In this document: one piece after another, positions 38,595-51,841 of the stretch
How the letters are laid out: every line of letters starts with the position of its first letter
Numbering within the stretch: position 1 is the stretch's first letter
DNA from: Lytechinus pictus
Taxonomy: Eukaryota
DNA length: 64,000 nucleotides
Reading direction: 5' to 3'
Assembly: GCF_037042905.1 (NCBI RefSeq)
Contig: NC_087252.1
Location: 25,236,001-25,300,000 of the forward strand
The notes under the pieces: model-generated
The model's input: only the letters and a program-made list of their open reading frames with translations
The model's database searches: none
What the model was told of the DNA's origin: nothing
Program-made: the position numbers and the translations under genes

Positions 38595-41371
38595 ATTGAT
38601 TTTTTTTTTATTGTTTGTATATATGTACATGTTATTGTGAATAAATACCTCGATTAAGAGGATAAAAGAAAAAAAAATAAAGCTACAACAATTCACGCTC
38701 TTTAGGAAAATATTGAATAACTGTTTCATGTTTGTCATTCAGAAAGCCCAAACGCCAAACATTAATTGTTAAAATGGTCCCCATAAGGATGTATTTAAAC
38801 GCTTGAGCGCCTAATTAGAGAAATAATATTAGTAATAATTATACTTACTTGTATATAGCGCTTAACACTTTAAGTCTCTAAGCGCTCTACAGTCAAGCAA
38901 GATAATTACACTGGCGTTAGCAGAGCAGCTTGTACGTGCTCTGCGATTTAAGGAATAAATTCCTACCAGGTGCCATGATCACCTCACCTGGGTTGAGTGC
39001 AGCACAGTAGCCGTGCTAAAGCGAGGGTAATATAGTTTGTAGCGCTGAGAAACATTTCATCGAGCGCTATAAATGTTCCATATTATCAAAATTATAACTT
39101 TTCAGATTCACGTTCATATCCATTTTTTTATATGACACACGATCAAAATGAATTACATCAAATTCCCATTGACATTAATGATGGTTTGATGGCCGGGAAG
39201 TTAAGAGACTTTAGAAAATTTTGGTATGCCGAATAAGAAAGGGAAAAAAGGCGAATTAATCTCTTATTACAAGAAAAAAAAATAAATGGGTGGCAAAAAC
39301 GACGGGGAAAAAAAGCTTTCGCTCTCATTAAGATAAACATTCAGGCTGCCGACGTCACCGTTACTCTTTTGAATAATACTAGTAGCAAACGTGGGGAAAT
39401 TGTATTAAATATAGATATCATTTAAATATTTTTAGAATACTTTGCTTTTTTCTTGTTTTTAGAATGAAATGTTTTAAATGTATATGATAATAGTGTTTAT
39501 CAGATTGACTTTGCATTAACGTATCTTCCTTTAGTTTAATAAAGAGCATATTGAATAAGTGGTTGAAAATAATTGACTGTATGGCTGAAATGAGTCTGGA
39601 GGAATTGTACCATATTGTTTCAGTCCTTGAGTAACCTTACTTGAATGTATTTTTGTATTAAACATTCTTTTTTTCTATTTTGCTATCCTTTTTTTGTATA
39701 CATTTCACTGAGTTTGATTGAAAATGTAATAGTGACGTAAACTGTTATATTGTTCCTTTTGATTACGTGTTGATTATGTATGGGTTATATGATTTGTGAT
39801 ATCATCAGTTGAAGCAGTATTGTCTAATATTTTGTTTGAATTAGAATAACCCCCATAATCTTTTTTTACAATCATGTTAGGTATTGATTGTAAATAGGGA
39901 AATATAGGCCTATCTAGTCTTTGTTTTGTAAAGTTAATGGATTGAATACTTTATACCAGCAGGAAAGGTAATTGAGTTACATTTTTATGTGAATGTGTAA
40001 AACTAGAATCATGAATAGACAATAAATATTAATTAATTTTTATCTTGCTGGAAAACGATTGTGTTTGTGGCACGACTACTTCTCGATCGATGAGTACTAA
40101 TTTTTTTAAAGATTGATATTTGGGACCAATCCAAAATTCGATTGAAATATTGTAATCTAATAGATTTAGTGCTCATTCTTATTCTCACTCTGATAGGTAT
40201 ATAGAACTCAATCTTATTCTCAATCTATTTTTGGCTTGGTACCCATGCATCACAATCTAATACATTTATTTTCAATCTGGGTCCCGTAACACAAAGGTTA
40301 GCGATTGATCGTACGCTTGATTTTCACGATTGATTGTACATTGTAGTCAATGCAATCAATCGTAGAAAAATGTTCTACGATCATTGCTAATTAGCTTTGT
40401 GTAACGGGCCCCTGATGATTCTAGAGAGAATGGTGTGAATTATAGTCGAGTATCATTTAGTATTCTAACCTGATACAAAAGTAAAAAGTACGAGTATTTG
40501 CCATTTATTATTTGTTTATCATCGTTGACTGAAATTAATTTGTGATGTTTGAGATATCTAGCTCCCTCTCACGGTGTTATGTTTTTGTGAAATGGCAAAT
40601 TCAGAACCTATCTTAAAAATTTAGAGATTGGATATGGGAAAGATTTTACCCATTTCAAGGAGTTGGTGCTGCTTGGGTTTTTATTTAATAAAAAAAGAAG
40701 AAAAGAAAACGCGGTCTGTAAGTCACTATAAGTCGGCATCCGATTAAATTTAAACTTTCATGTAAAACAGCAAAATTTATCAAATAAAAACACTGATGCT
40801 TTCATGCTCCTCATACCTCTTTAGGGCACACACAATTATATAACTGAAATAGTGACACGCGCTTTCCCACGTTTTTTAAAATCAAAACTTAAAAAAAAAC
40901 AATCTGTTCCTCATCTCTAAATCTTAACAATTCCTTTTTCAGGGAGACTTCCCATTGCTCTATTGTCTTAATTCTAAAACTTTTTTTCACCTTTCCCATG
41001 GTGAAAACAGCGAGAATAAAAATAGACCTTGGACTCTACTTTGTTAAGCACTGAAATCTCTCAACTTCACGGAAGACTTAATTTCGTTTGTATACTGGGA
41101 TACTTTTTCATAAAGACTTGTTATTATAACAAATGAACAATATTCATAACAAATTTACTATCGGCCAATCAAATTGTATCATTTCAGTAGCTTTAAACTG
41201 TTTGTTATTGTATCAAGCTCGATGAAACAGGCCCGAGAACATTCTGACCGGGACAAGTCCAATCTACCATGTTTACCGTATACGGTCACATCAACGAAAC
41301 CGACTCCAAACCGACCGATGGTATGTCAATGATAACGCTTTGATCGGCCTGGAGTCGAATTCGCCGGTGTG

Positions 41372-41655
41372 CACCGTTAAAAAAATTATCCTTAAAATAA
41401 AAGAAGTTCCTGCAGCAGAGTCTCGAGAACACCTGTAATCTTACCAGATTGCGTAATCTTACAGGAAATTGGTATTTGGTGTATGGAACCTTACAAATTT
41501 CCTTTGATAAAACACACTTTTCCCCTTTTTTAACAGACCTGTTCTGTTAAATTGCAGAAAAATTCCTGTTGTATGAATTTACAGAATGATTCTGTTATTG
41601 CTTTTTGCAAAATCTTCTTTTTTGTTGTTGTAAAATCAGGTTTTTTTAACAGTGT
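41372..41655. mobile_element. CACTA/EnSpm-like MITE
   Basis: CACCGTTAAAAAAA...TTTTTTTAACAGTG termini. Confidence 0.55.
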
Positions 41656-42867
41656 GACTGAGACAAAATAAGGGATTTACGCTTCCACTATGCACAACGT
41701 ATTTAAGAATATAGAAAATGTCTTGTCGAATGGCCTTTTATAACAAAAGATCAACCAAAAGGTCTTTGTCGAGAATTGATGAATCAAAACAACAGTTTAG
41801 TCCCGGATTCTGGAAGGACGGCGTATTTGCAATTTTTCGTCAAAACCTTGGACGAAACTGCTGTTCTTATTCACAATTTTTCGACAAAGACTTACCAGTT
41901 CTTTATCGTTCGACGGGTATTTTCAATAAATTTACTGTGTTCTTGAATGCATCGTGCGTCGCTGTGCATGAAGCCAATTTAAAGGTGCGCCGATTCCCTG
42001 GATTCAAGAGGGCGCTGTTGGACGTTGCTGTACTCGCCGCCATCTCGATTTGAAGACCATCGTCATGATATGCATGCAGCTGTCAATCATCAAAACTCCA
42101 CGTCGCAATCACACAAACCACTCCCACACCCAACTGTTTAAACTTATTACGTTATTCTCAATGTCAGATCATCGCTCGGTTTGGGGTCGGTTCATTTGTC
42201 TGACTGTGACACGGACCCATTATCAGAGTTCTAGTTCACTCTTGCAAGGATTTAAAGTCAATGCATATCGGCTGTGAATATGACCAGCCGAAAATTTGAT
42301 TTATTTTAATCATAAAAATACATTTCTTATTTCTTAATCTCAAACAATTTGAATTCAATTCTGGTTGCTTTAAACTCACACAAGGCAACAATCCAATCAT
42401 TAGCTGGTCACTATTTAAAAGCCGATATTGATTTATTTTAAATCCTTGAAATTCAGAGAGTACCTTTTTACACGTTGACACTTTTTGTATTATTTTTCAG
42501 AATACATATTATATTGAAAGTATGAATGGTTTCAGCTTCATAGATCTCCAAGTTAAAACATAGACATCGAGACTCAACTCCAATCCACTCCGGAACATGG
42601 CACAAATAGTACATCGATCATTATATTATGTTAGTATATATTTCAGTATATTAAAAAAATCAGCATTAAAAAAACCCAAAATAATCGATAAATATTGACT
42701 GCACGTATTCCGTTTATATAGGCAAACTGGTTCCCGTTGCATAAAGAGTCGTAATCAAACCAAACTCCCAAAAATCTATCGGTACTCGACTTTCAACCGA
42801 TGAAATGCGCGCATGAGGGACTTACGCAAGACTTTTTATTACTTATACGGAGTGTAACAAAATACCA

Positions 42868-43038
42868 GGGGGCCGTTTCATAAAGCTGTTCGTAAGTTGA
42901 GAGCGACTTTAAGAACGACTGGTGATCCTTTCTTACGCGCTAAACCATCCCCACTGAATCTACCGTTTACAAGAAAGGATCACCAGTCGTTCTTAAAGTC
43001 GCTCTTAACTTACGAACAGCTTTATGAAACATCCACCG
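42868..43038. mobile_element. Palindromic (foldback) MITE
   Basis: GTTTCATAAAGCTGTTCGTAAGTT...GATCCTTTCTT is matched by a near-perfect inverted arm ending AACAGCTTTATGAAAC. Confidence 0.8.
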
Positions 43039-43410
43039 GTTATCAATGTAATCCTTTCCCCCAACACGTTCAAATACACTGAATGCCTATATGCGACCCG
43101 TTGCAGAATGAATTGCCATTAAACGCAAATCAAAATATCAAGCGTATGTCGCTCATGCGCGCATTTCATTGGCTGAACGTCAATTTACGTTTGATTTTTG
43201 GAGTTCCGTTTGATTGCAGCGCTTTCTGAAACGCCCCCAGGACATTGGTAAAATGCAACACAAATTGATAGAATAAATATAATAAATGACGTTAGGATAC
43301 AGCCTATAGTTTCTATGCAAAACGACAAAGAAATATTGTACTTTCTATTAAAGGGGTGCTCCAGCACCACCCCCTAAAAAATTTTTTTTCCAGAATGATT
43401 GTCACTTTAA

Positions 43411-43615
43411 AGAGAAATTCCAGTAGTTGCAGTAAACACTGATTTCATGAGAAAGTCTGTAAAACCAGGCTTAATTGTCAGTTTATCATCGAGGATCTAG
43501 ATCTGGTACAGTTACATAAACTGAACTTTGTGAAATCTTGAAATCTACGCTGAATAATGTTCAGACTGAACTTCCCCAACACAGATAAGCGCACGTGGGA
43601 CAGTGTATAATTATT
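43411..43615. mobile_element. Truncated copy of the 13049-13443 Kolobok-type MITE
   Basis: Near-identical 5' ~200 bp; the right half is absent. Confidence 0.8.
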
Positions 43616-43621
43616 GAATTT

Positions 43622-44077
43622 AATAGACCAGTTCGTAGTTACTTCATGGAAAATTTTGGTCAAATGACCTTTTATTTCTTTCATTATGATAGGCAGATTT
43701 CAAAGCAAGATATTACGTAAGCTTGCCTTACATAGCAGGATGATGAAATTGAATAGACCAGGTGACTAGAATAGCACACCAATGAACACTTTATGAAGGT
43801 ATTTGTTGCATTCCTACTTTGAATGCATATCATAGCTTGTTGCACAATGTACTTGGCAAACTGTGAAATACCAGTCGTTCGTGGACGCATTGTTGTTTTT
43901 TGTGGATGTAAATGAAAACCACAATTCAAAAGAATATATGAATAATCAAGACATCAAAGTTGGTGCTTATCTCATTAGATTTTAAACCACCATGTCACAT
44001 TAGTACAAATGACCTTCCTCTGATCATGCGTAGAATCTGTTGATCATGCGCAGAAAGGAACTACGAACTGGCTTATT
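43622..44077. mobile_element. ~455-bp TIR element, copy 1
   Basis: AATAGACCAGTTCGTAGTT / AACTACGAACTGGCTTATT; near-identical to 62360-62814. Confidence 0.85.
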
Positions 44078-44668
44078 ATGGCAACTACCATCGTGACAGG
44101 GCTTGGCAGTCAATCAAAGTTACCATGGAAGTTCTTATGATGGCCAAGTAACCATAGTTGACACTATAACTAAACGGGCCCGCCTCGTGAAAGTGTCACA
44201 CTCCAGCTTGACACCATCTCTATGGAAAGCCAAGCTAGACATTAATCTTTTGTGAACAGACGTATGCTTCGCACATTCCATGCGTCTGCATTTTGTCCAA
44301 TCAGCCTATCGTCCAGTTTTGCTTTCCGTAGAGATGGCAAGCTTTCATAAAACGAAACACTGAGGGGCGTTTCACTAACATTTTCATCCGACGAGTTGTC
44401 AGATCCTTTCTTGATTCTGATTGGCTTAGAAGCAGTGTTACTATGGTAAAGGAAGGATAAAAAAGGATTCCGTGTCGGATCAAACCCTTGAATGAAACGC
44501 TTCTCTGGTCTCTGCTGATACAGCTGTCAGAGGTTGGAGAATCAACTCATTCTGAAGGAGATCACATACATTCTATACACACCAATGGGGATGTCGCAAG
44601 GTACTTGCCATTGATCGCATTTCAAGGTCAGCTTTTTTATCAACAAGTATAAATTGATTTGCCTTGAA

Positions 44669-45215
44669 AGGACAAGTCCACCTCAATAAAAAGTTGGTTT
44701 CAATAAAAGGAGAAAAATCCAACAAACACAACACTGAAAATTTAGGGTTATGACATTTTAAACAGTTTTATGCAAATCCTGGTCGGTATGCGAATGAGCA
44801 GACAGATGACGTCACCCGCTCACTATTTCTTTTGTATTTTATTATATGAAATATGAAAAATTCGAATTTTCTCCTCATCGTCATGTGGAACAAAACTTTA
44901 TGCCTCCCTGAACATGTGCAATTACCATTATATTAACAGTTTGTGGTTAAATAAAGTTGGTCCCAATTGTCAAATCTGTGAAAATTGAAATATTTTATAA
45001 TTTAAACAATAAAAAACACAATAAATAGTGAGTGACATCATCGACTCTCTCATTTGCACATCGATAGTTGTTTTGTTTTGTGAAAAATAAGCAAAACTTT
45101 AAAATGACATAACTTTCTTATTTTACATCCGATTTTGATGAAATTGTCAGGGTTATGTTAGTTTGATTTTTCTCTATCCATTCAAATCAACAATTTTCTG
45201 AGGTGGACTTGACCT
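44669..45215. mobile_element. Kolobok-type MITE family A, copy 2
   Basis: AGGACAAGTCCACC...GGTGGACTTGACCT; decayed TTAA flanks. Confidence 0.8.
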
Positions 45216-45862
45216 TTTATAGTTAAAATCAATCTATCACCTGTAAACTTGTATCTAAAATTTGCAACTGATTGAAAATATTTTCTTGCAAGTTGCAACA
45301 CATTACGGGGAGAATGGATGGGCCTACAAAAATGCGGCTTTTTTATCTTGTTAGCGCACGGAATTTCTCATATGTCTCCTTAATGTTCAAGGTGCAGTAA
45401 AATATGGTTTCTTTAAAAAAGTAGAAATTTTGCACCTACAACATACTCTGCGCCATTAAATGTGGATAATGTAGCTAACTCTACCTTTTAACGTGCACAG
45501 CGTAACAGCATTCACTATTTGCGGTCATCCTATCAACCACGAGTGTGGGTAGTTGTTCCTATCTGCCTATTTCGTTTAGTGTACAAACAGAAATATGAAA
45601 ACCAATTTACAACTGCAATGAACTGCCAGCCCGATCATTCCCACTCAAAAGACAGTAACAAAATAATTATTCGAAAATTTCATTAAATGTGCTCGTAATA
45701 AAATAACAGCTTGGGGTCTTACATGTACTCTGATTATAATATGTCTGTATCGATATATACTTTAGATGTATCACTAGCTAAAACATTGATATTGATTAGT
45801 TTTAGAAATTTCGTACGTAAAACAATAATCCGTTTAAACGGTGTCCGATATATCTAATTATA

Positions 45863-47370
45863 CAATGCGTTTCAGAAAAAAAGGTAATCCAAATCGAGGG
45901 AGCCGATTTTTAAAGCCCATTTAATTCTATAAAATCATATGGTTGGATATGAGAGAAGAACTCCTCAGCTTTCCATTGATACCCTATTTGTACCAGTTGT
46001 GTCAAGCATGACCAAATTAACTGATGTTGAAGACAAAAGATGCAGATACCCCTTTTTAGAAGTTTTTGAAAACTTGATGAAAGGGTCGAGGCTGATGTGA
46101 ATACTTTCATCGATGCCCGAGTTGGCAACAATATTTTGATTGGCCCCCTTTTCTTCCAAGGGAGTGCAAATGGGCGATTGTACTTGCAGATGATTGACGA
46201 GGAGATCGTGACACAGTTGGATCAACATTTTGAGAGACATGTTCGAGGAGTGTACAGGTGGATCCAGGATGGCGCTCCTGCGCATCGTTCCATCACCATT
46301 CGTGATAGACTATAAGAAAACTGTTTGGACATCGAGTTGTTACCCTCAACCATGACGTAGAATGGCTATCAAGATTGCATGACCTTGAGATCATGCCCTG
46401 TGATTATTTCCCTTGGGGACACGTAAAGAAAACCAAGGTGTTCGCAACTTGGTTCGCAACTCCTCAAGATATTGATGATTTGGAGGGCCGAATTCAACTT
46501 GAGGTGGAAGCTTTGCGCATTGATCCAGCAATGGTGAGACGAGTTGTTTAAAGGCGACCGCACACCTTACGACTGGTCTGCGACCCGATTTAGGAACAAA
46601 TCGCATTTTGCTCATTTTCTGAAGATGTGAAGAGAACATATCACTTTATTTGAGGTTGAAATTAATTGAAATAATAATATTATAACAATTTTGAAAGATT
46701 GCAAGCCCTTATTTTGGAGTAAAGTCCAAATTAGGTTCAAATCGTAGCCAATCGTAAGACTGCTATGACGTCATTACGACTAGATATTAAATTCGCTTTT
46801 ATTCTAAGAAGGATGATAGCATAGTCACAAATTTGATCATAGGTATTCGTACGATGATTTAGAACATTACACAGTAAGATATTCCAAGTCTCAATATTAG
46901 CATCAAATTCTATTACATTTTATTCTGAAATCGGGTCGCAGACCAGTCGTAAGGTGTGCGGTGGCCTTAAGATATCCTTCCACGGTGCCGGCTTTGTGTG
47001 CAAAGGAGACGGGAGGACATGCAGGAGGACACGCTGAAGGTGTGGGTGAATAAGACATCAACCTTTCAAACATCATTTCAGAGGAATGCCTTGACTCTAC
47101 ATTCCAAAAATTACTTGGAAACCTCAAAAACATCCTATTCTATCATGTGCAGATTTTACCCTCTTTACCAAAACTTGGAAAAAGTGTCATCTTCACCCAT
47201 TGTCATTAACATTAATTCGGTCATGCGTGACACAGATGGTACAAATAGGGTATCAATTGAGAGCTGAGGTGTTCTTTTCTCATATCCATGCAGAATAATT
47301 TCACGAAATGAAATATGATACGAATATCAGCCCTCTATATTTGGATTACTCTTTTTTCTGAAACGCACTG
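45863..47370 (+). mobile_element. Decayed Tc1/mariner element with long TIRs and a transposase remnant
   Basis: TA TSDs at 45861-45862 and 47371-47372; ~200-bp imperfect TIRs. Remnant reads IGPLFF...YLQMI...QDGAPAH...W...DL...PCDYF..WG, broken by stops and frameshifts. Confidence 0.85.
46552..46967. mobile_element. PIF/Harbinger-type MITE inserted in the mariner transposase
   Basis: TAA TSD (46549-46551 and 46968-46970); ~40-bp TIRs AGGCGACCGCACACCTTACGACTGGTCTGCGACCCGATTT. Confidence 0.82.
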
Positions 47371-48324
47371 TATACATTTGAAGTTAAAAGAACCTACAAT
47401 TGCACGTTGCCAGGATTTAAGAGAGAGCTGTTGGACATTCATTGTATTTACGCGCTGCAATCGACGGTGCGAGCAGATCATTGACACCAAAGTTAAACGA
47501 CGCTCACGCAGATGTCATGTTCTGAATGCCCAAACCCTTGATTCTCAGTTGCGTACGCTTTGGCTGCTTTTCGAAACCTTCTGTTTTGTGAAGTGGCGTC
47601 ATCAGATGTTTGGGCCAACGTACGCCGATATAGGTATCACATGCCTAATTCATTTCCCAAAGACTCGTGTGTTAAAGTGGCACTTTGAAAAAAATCATAA
47701 AAGATAAAGAGGAAATTCGAGGGTTGAATGTTTACTACCAGTGGACAGGATATATATCTGACATTCCATATCTGACCAGAAAAGGGTACCTCGACCGGCT
47801 CATTTTAAAAATAAATCGGCATTTATAAAGATTACACCTGACAGGATCAAATTCATCACTTGAGAGAGTAAAATGGTCCTAATTCTTCCACCAGTAACAA
47901 AATAGTTCCAAAGTAGTGATATATCTTTCCAATTTGGAAAAAGGAAGTTCAGTAGGTACCCTCCCTAGAATCAGTGTTAGATTGTCAGTCATATTCATTC
48001 ATTTTTGTCAATCAGCAATATCAAATTTGAAAATTGAGAATGGGTTGACTCGAATGAATATCTTTTGCCTGCCAGTTGTAATTAGGCCCGTGAAACCTCT
48101 CGTCAAAAGCAGCATTAGACCCGTGTTTACAGCACCGTCCTACAGCGCCCTCTTGAATCCAGCGAATGTGCACATTTAAATTAGCTTCATAAGCTACAGT
48201 ACTCTATGAATAATAATAATAATATATAATATGTTAACAAAAAACCCAAATCTTTTTCTAATTTCACTTCGAGAAACAAAATGCATGCCGCTAATGCACT
48301 ATTTGTTTATTTGAATTTAAAAAA

Positions 48325-48415
48325 AAGAAGAAGAAGAAGAAGAAGGAGAAGAAGAAGAAAAAAAGAAGAAGAGGGGAGGAGGAAGAGGAGAAGAAGAATA
48401 AGAAGAACCAGAAGA
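48325..48415. repeat. (AAG)n-type microsatellite in the 3' UTR of the Ly6-like gene
   Basis: Direct reading. Confidence 0.85.
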
Positions 48416-48427
48416 GTCCCTACAATC

Positions 48428-48771
48428 TTAAAACTCCTTAGCAAAAATAGCCATGAGAAGAGCAGCAATGACGACGACGACGTCGGTACGCAGAGACCCA
48501 GCCCCTCCAACAATAGTCCCGTTGAGGGGGCATACAATGTTTGCATCCAGCTGGGTTGTGTCTGCCTGAAATATCATTGGCAAACGTCCTACCAACGGAG
48601 CCGCTGTGTCAGTGATACCATAGTCATCGCGATAATTCAAAATATTTCCGAGCAAGTCGGATCGGGCATCATTATCTTCACTGCATGTATTACTTTTGAT
48701 TGTCTGCACACATCCCAAAATGGTGGCACTGAAGGTCACTGAAGGTAGACTGGGATCTACTATTCCCGTCC
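48428..48771 (-). CDS. Last coding exon of a Ly6/uPAR-like GPI-anchored protein
   Basis: Acceptor TTTTCTCGCACAG|, phase 1. Reads GTGIVDP...ILGCVQ...NTC...IVCPLNGTIVGGAGSLRTDVVVVIAALLMAIFAKEF*, with a hydrophobic C-tail after small residues. Confidence 0.78.
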
Positions 48772-50263
48772 CTGTGCGAGAAAAGAGGAAAATATACAAA
48801 GAAAAAATATTCTTGTAAAAAATTCTTCTATTTGATCATGCTCAATAGTTTTTTAGTGTACCTTATCGTTTTAAAACTTGACCATTATAGCCTACAAGCT
48901 TAAGACACGAAATTCAAATCATATAAAATCATTTGATTACACCAATGTGATAAACATTACAAATATATGAGATGTAATACATGTATGAGATGAATAAAAA
49001 AAATGCACAAAGGTCAGATTTGAATATTATACAAAGAAATGTATATCATCAGGATCACTGTTGTCAATTTATTGACTTTGAACCAGGTAGAATTAGTTTT
49101 TTCCTTTTTCCCTGTTTACCGACGAGACAAGATAAAAGATGGACATTTCCAAACAAGGTCAGTTAATATTCATTGGCTCTCGTGAAGTATGTTCATACTT
49201 GAATCATGCATATTATCTCCATGGCTGATGGTACTAAGGGCGTCGACCCATCTTTCGGATTTTTTTCAATTTTTTTTTAGCGCGCCTTACGCGCCAAATT
49301 TTTAATACAAAATGTTCAGAAAAATGGGCAATTTTGTATTTTCAGAAGTTGTATATGCCAAGTGGTTTTAAAGCAATTTCCAATGAATTTTATAATATAT
49401 ATTAGCATTGTAGCATATTAGCATTGCTCCTTCTGTCATTTCATTTAAGAGAATGTTTAAAAGAACTTGTAATTTATCAATAACTTGCGGAACATCCACT
49501 GTTGTGCTTATTTTGTGTTAGCATGACCTTGATGATTTGGTGTATATTATCAGTATTTTCAAGATGTCCTTCTTAATTAATTTGATTTATTGATATTTTA
49601 TTATACGTCAAACGAGTGCCCGTCTGCGTTTTGTTTGCTGCAAAGTTTGTTAATGTTTCGTTTTACATTCAAATCCTAATGTGAATCTTAATGCTGTAAC
49701 ATTCTGTACATACGTTATGCATTTTGTAAATATGTTTATTGTTATTCAGGGCCCCATGGAAGACCACTACGTATTGGTGAATGGGCTACCCTGTCAAAAT
49801 ATCAGAAATAAATAAATAAATAAATAAATACATTGTATATTATGACTTATTCAATTTGTCAAATTATTGGGGGAGGCAAATCGATATGCCCCCCCCCCCA
49901 AAATAAAAAAATCATTACCCACCCCCTCCACCAGGATCGACTCCTCTGGTAATGAGACAATTTTAAATTGCATACAGATTGCACTTGCCAACTTGTCTAC
50001 TTGGAGACGACATGTGGACATATACTGTACATCGTGTCAAGGTTTTTAACCCCAAAATAAGGATATTCCGTACCGAAAAAAATTGACAAGCAAAAAAAAA
50101 AGAAAAAAGGTTCTTTACTTTCAAAAGAGGGGGGCACATCTCCGTTCTAATGGCATTTTTACATTAAAAATTTTAATTTTACTTCTCAAAGGGGAGGGGG
50201 GCACATGCCGGCTGTGCCCCCCCCCCTTGGATCCGCCAGTGCTCACACCCTTAGGGTTATTAC

Positions 50264-50401
50264 CATTGATTGTAGCGCGTCCACAAGCGGTCATGTTGTT
50301 CCAGCACGTCACTTCTGGTAGATTGCTCATATTGCATGGCAGATCAAAGAGATTAGGCTGGGTTTGTAAGGATATACAAGCCTTGCACTTGAGTTGTTGA
50401 C
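50264..50401 (-). CDS. Middle exon of the Ly6/uPAR-like protein
   Basis: Acceptor CTTTCTTCCTGGTTTAG| and donor G|GTAATA; 138 nt, phase 1-1. Reads GQQLKCKACISLQTQPNLFDLPCNMSNLPEVTCWNNMTACGRATIN. Confidence 0.78.
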
Positions 50402-51018
50402 CTAAACCAGGAAGAAAGAGAAAAAGAGACGTTAAAATAACACTTTTTTAAATCCATTTCTCATAATGTAGACCTACACCTCCGGTCTACAATCAAGAAT
50501 GTGTGAATCCTCTTTTATCAATTCTCATTTCATACAAACTGCAGAATTTTGTTAAAAACGTGGATTTTAATGTCAAAAGATCAGATTTCAACTTTAGCTG
50601 ATATGAATTCAAAACAATATTGAGAATCTTATTATTCCCACAAATGACAGATTAAAGTTTCAATACTCTTTTTTTTTTCATTCCGAATCGACATATTACA
50701 CTTTAATATGAAATAATAACCATATACATGTAAATCAATTAAAGGGAATATAGTACTATGTTATGAGGCGCCGATTGTACCAGTATTATATAGAGCAAAT
50801 ATTTGTTATATAATCATTATTTATTAAATAATAACAATTATTTATATATAATTTGCACTTTATTTGTTGTTTTTACGCGTTGCGTTTTGCGCACTGCGTT
50901 TCTTGATGCTGTTAACTAATAAATTCATCATTTCCTGATGAAGCCCTATGGGCGAAAATTTGATCTATTTTTTCATTCTCTATATATATATACATATATA
51001 ATAGGACGTGCTACATCT

Positions 51019-51400
51019 TTTTGAAGTATGCCTAATGCAAAAACAAAACGAAGTAAAAAAAAGTGAAGAAAACTAAATAAAATGAAGGAGTTGTAAAAGG
51101 GGAAGCTCTTGAATTAAATCAAGTTAAAATCAGAGTGTTTTTGGACTACATATCCTTTTAATTGTTCATGGTTGTAGGGTATAAGAAAACAAAATAATAG
51201 GGTGCGCTATGTTTTTTTTGGAAGTATGCCTAATGCAAAAACAAAACGAAGTAAAAAAAAAGGGAAGGAAAAAAACATTGTAGGAGTTAAAGGGGAAGCT
51301 CTTGAAATAAATCAAGGTAAACGCTGAGTCTTTTGGACTGTAAATTATGTTAATTCTTCATGGTTGTATAGGATTTAAAAAAATACCGACTAATGGATTA
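51019..51400. repeat. Tandem duplication, ~198-bp period
   Basis: GAAGTATGCCTAATGCAAAAACAAAACGAAGTAAAAAAA occurs twice with colinear downstream sequence. Confidence 0.8.
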
Positions 51401-51841
51401 ATGGAAATAAAATTAGCTCATTTTACCGTATATCTGGATATTTCATGTTTGGTTCTATTTACCAATTCCTTCATACCAACCATTTATTTTGAAATAATTA
51501 TATTGTTGTTATGAGAGAGGGGGGGGGGGGGGCACAAAAAGGGAGGTGTAGGTCCCATTACTGTATTTTAGCCTACCCCTGTAATCCAAATCAGAAGTAG
51601 ACCCCCCACCCTCACTGGAGAGAATACAGAGTCCCGTAGTGTGTGCTAGTTGTGTTCAAAGTGTGGAACACAATATGAAATCACCTTCACACTGTTATAG
51701 TAGAGAGTTTTAATCGCATACTCACATAGTCGACCATGTGACAATCGAGGTGTCCACAGTGTGAAAATATATTCACGCTGTTGAATTTGAGCATCTTAAC
51801 AGTGTGAATGTTTTCACATAGTCCACAATGTGAACACACTT

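Larger units (their letters stand above)
33425..38676 (+). mobile_element. Full-length L1/Tx1-clade non-LTR retrotransposon
   Basis: Perfect 14-bp TSD ATAAAGCTACAACA (33411-33424 and 38677-38690); ORF1 and ORF2; AATAAA, short hairpin and A-tail at the 3' end. Confidence 0.95.

Noticed and set aside
41718..42053. 111-aa ORF
   Set aside because: No recognisable motif; it overlaps a dispersed repeat (CAGCGCCCTCTTGAATCCAG also at ~48143 in the opposite orientation).
48281..48742. Arg-rich 153-aa + strand ORF
   Set aside because: (AAG)n microsatellite plus the antisense of the Ly6-like last exon.
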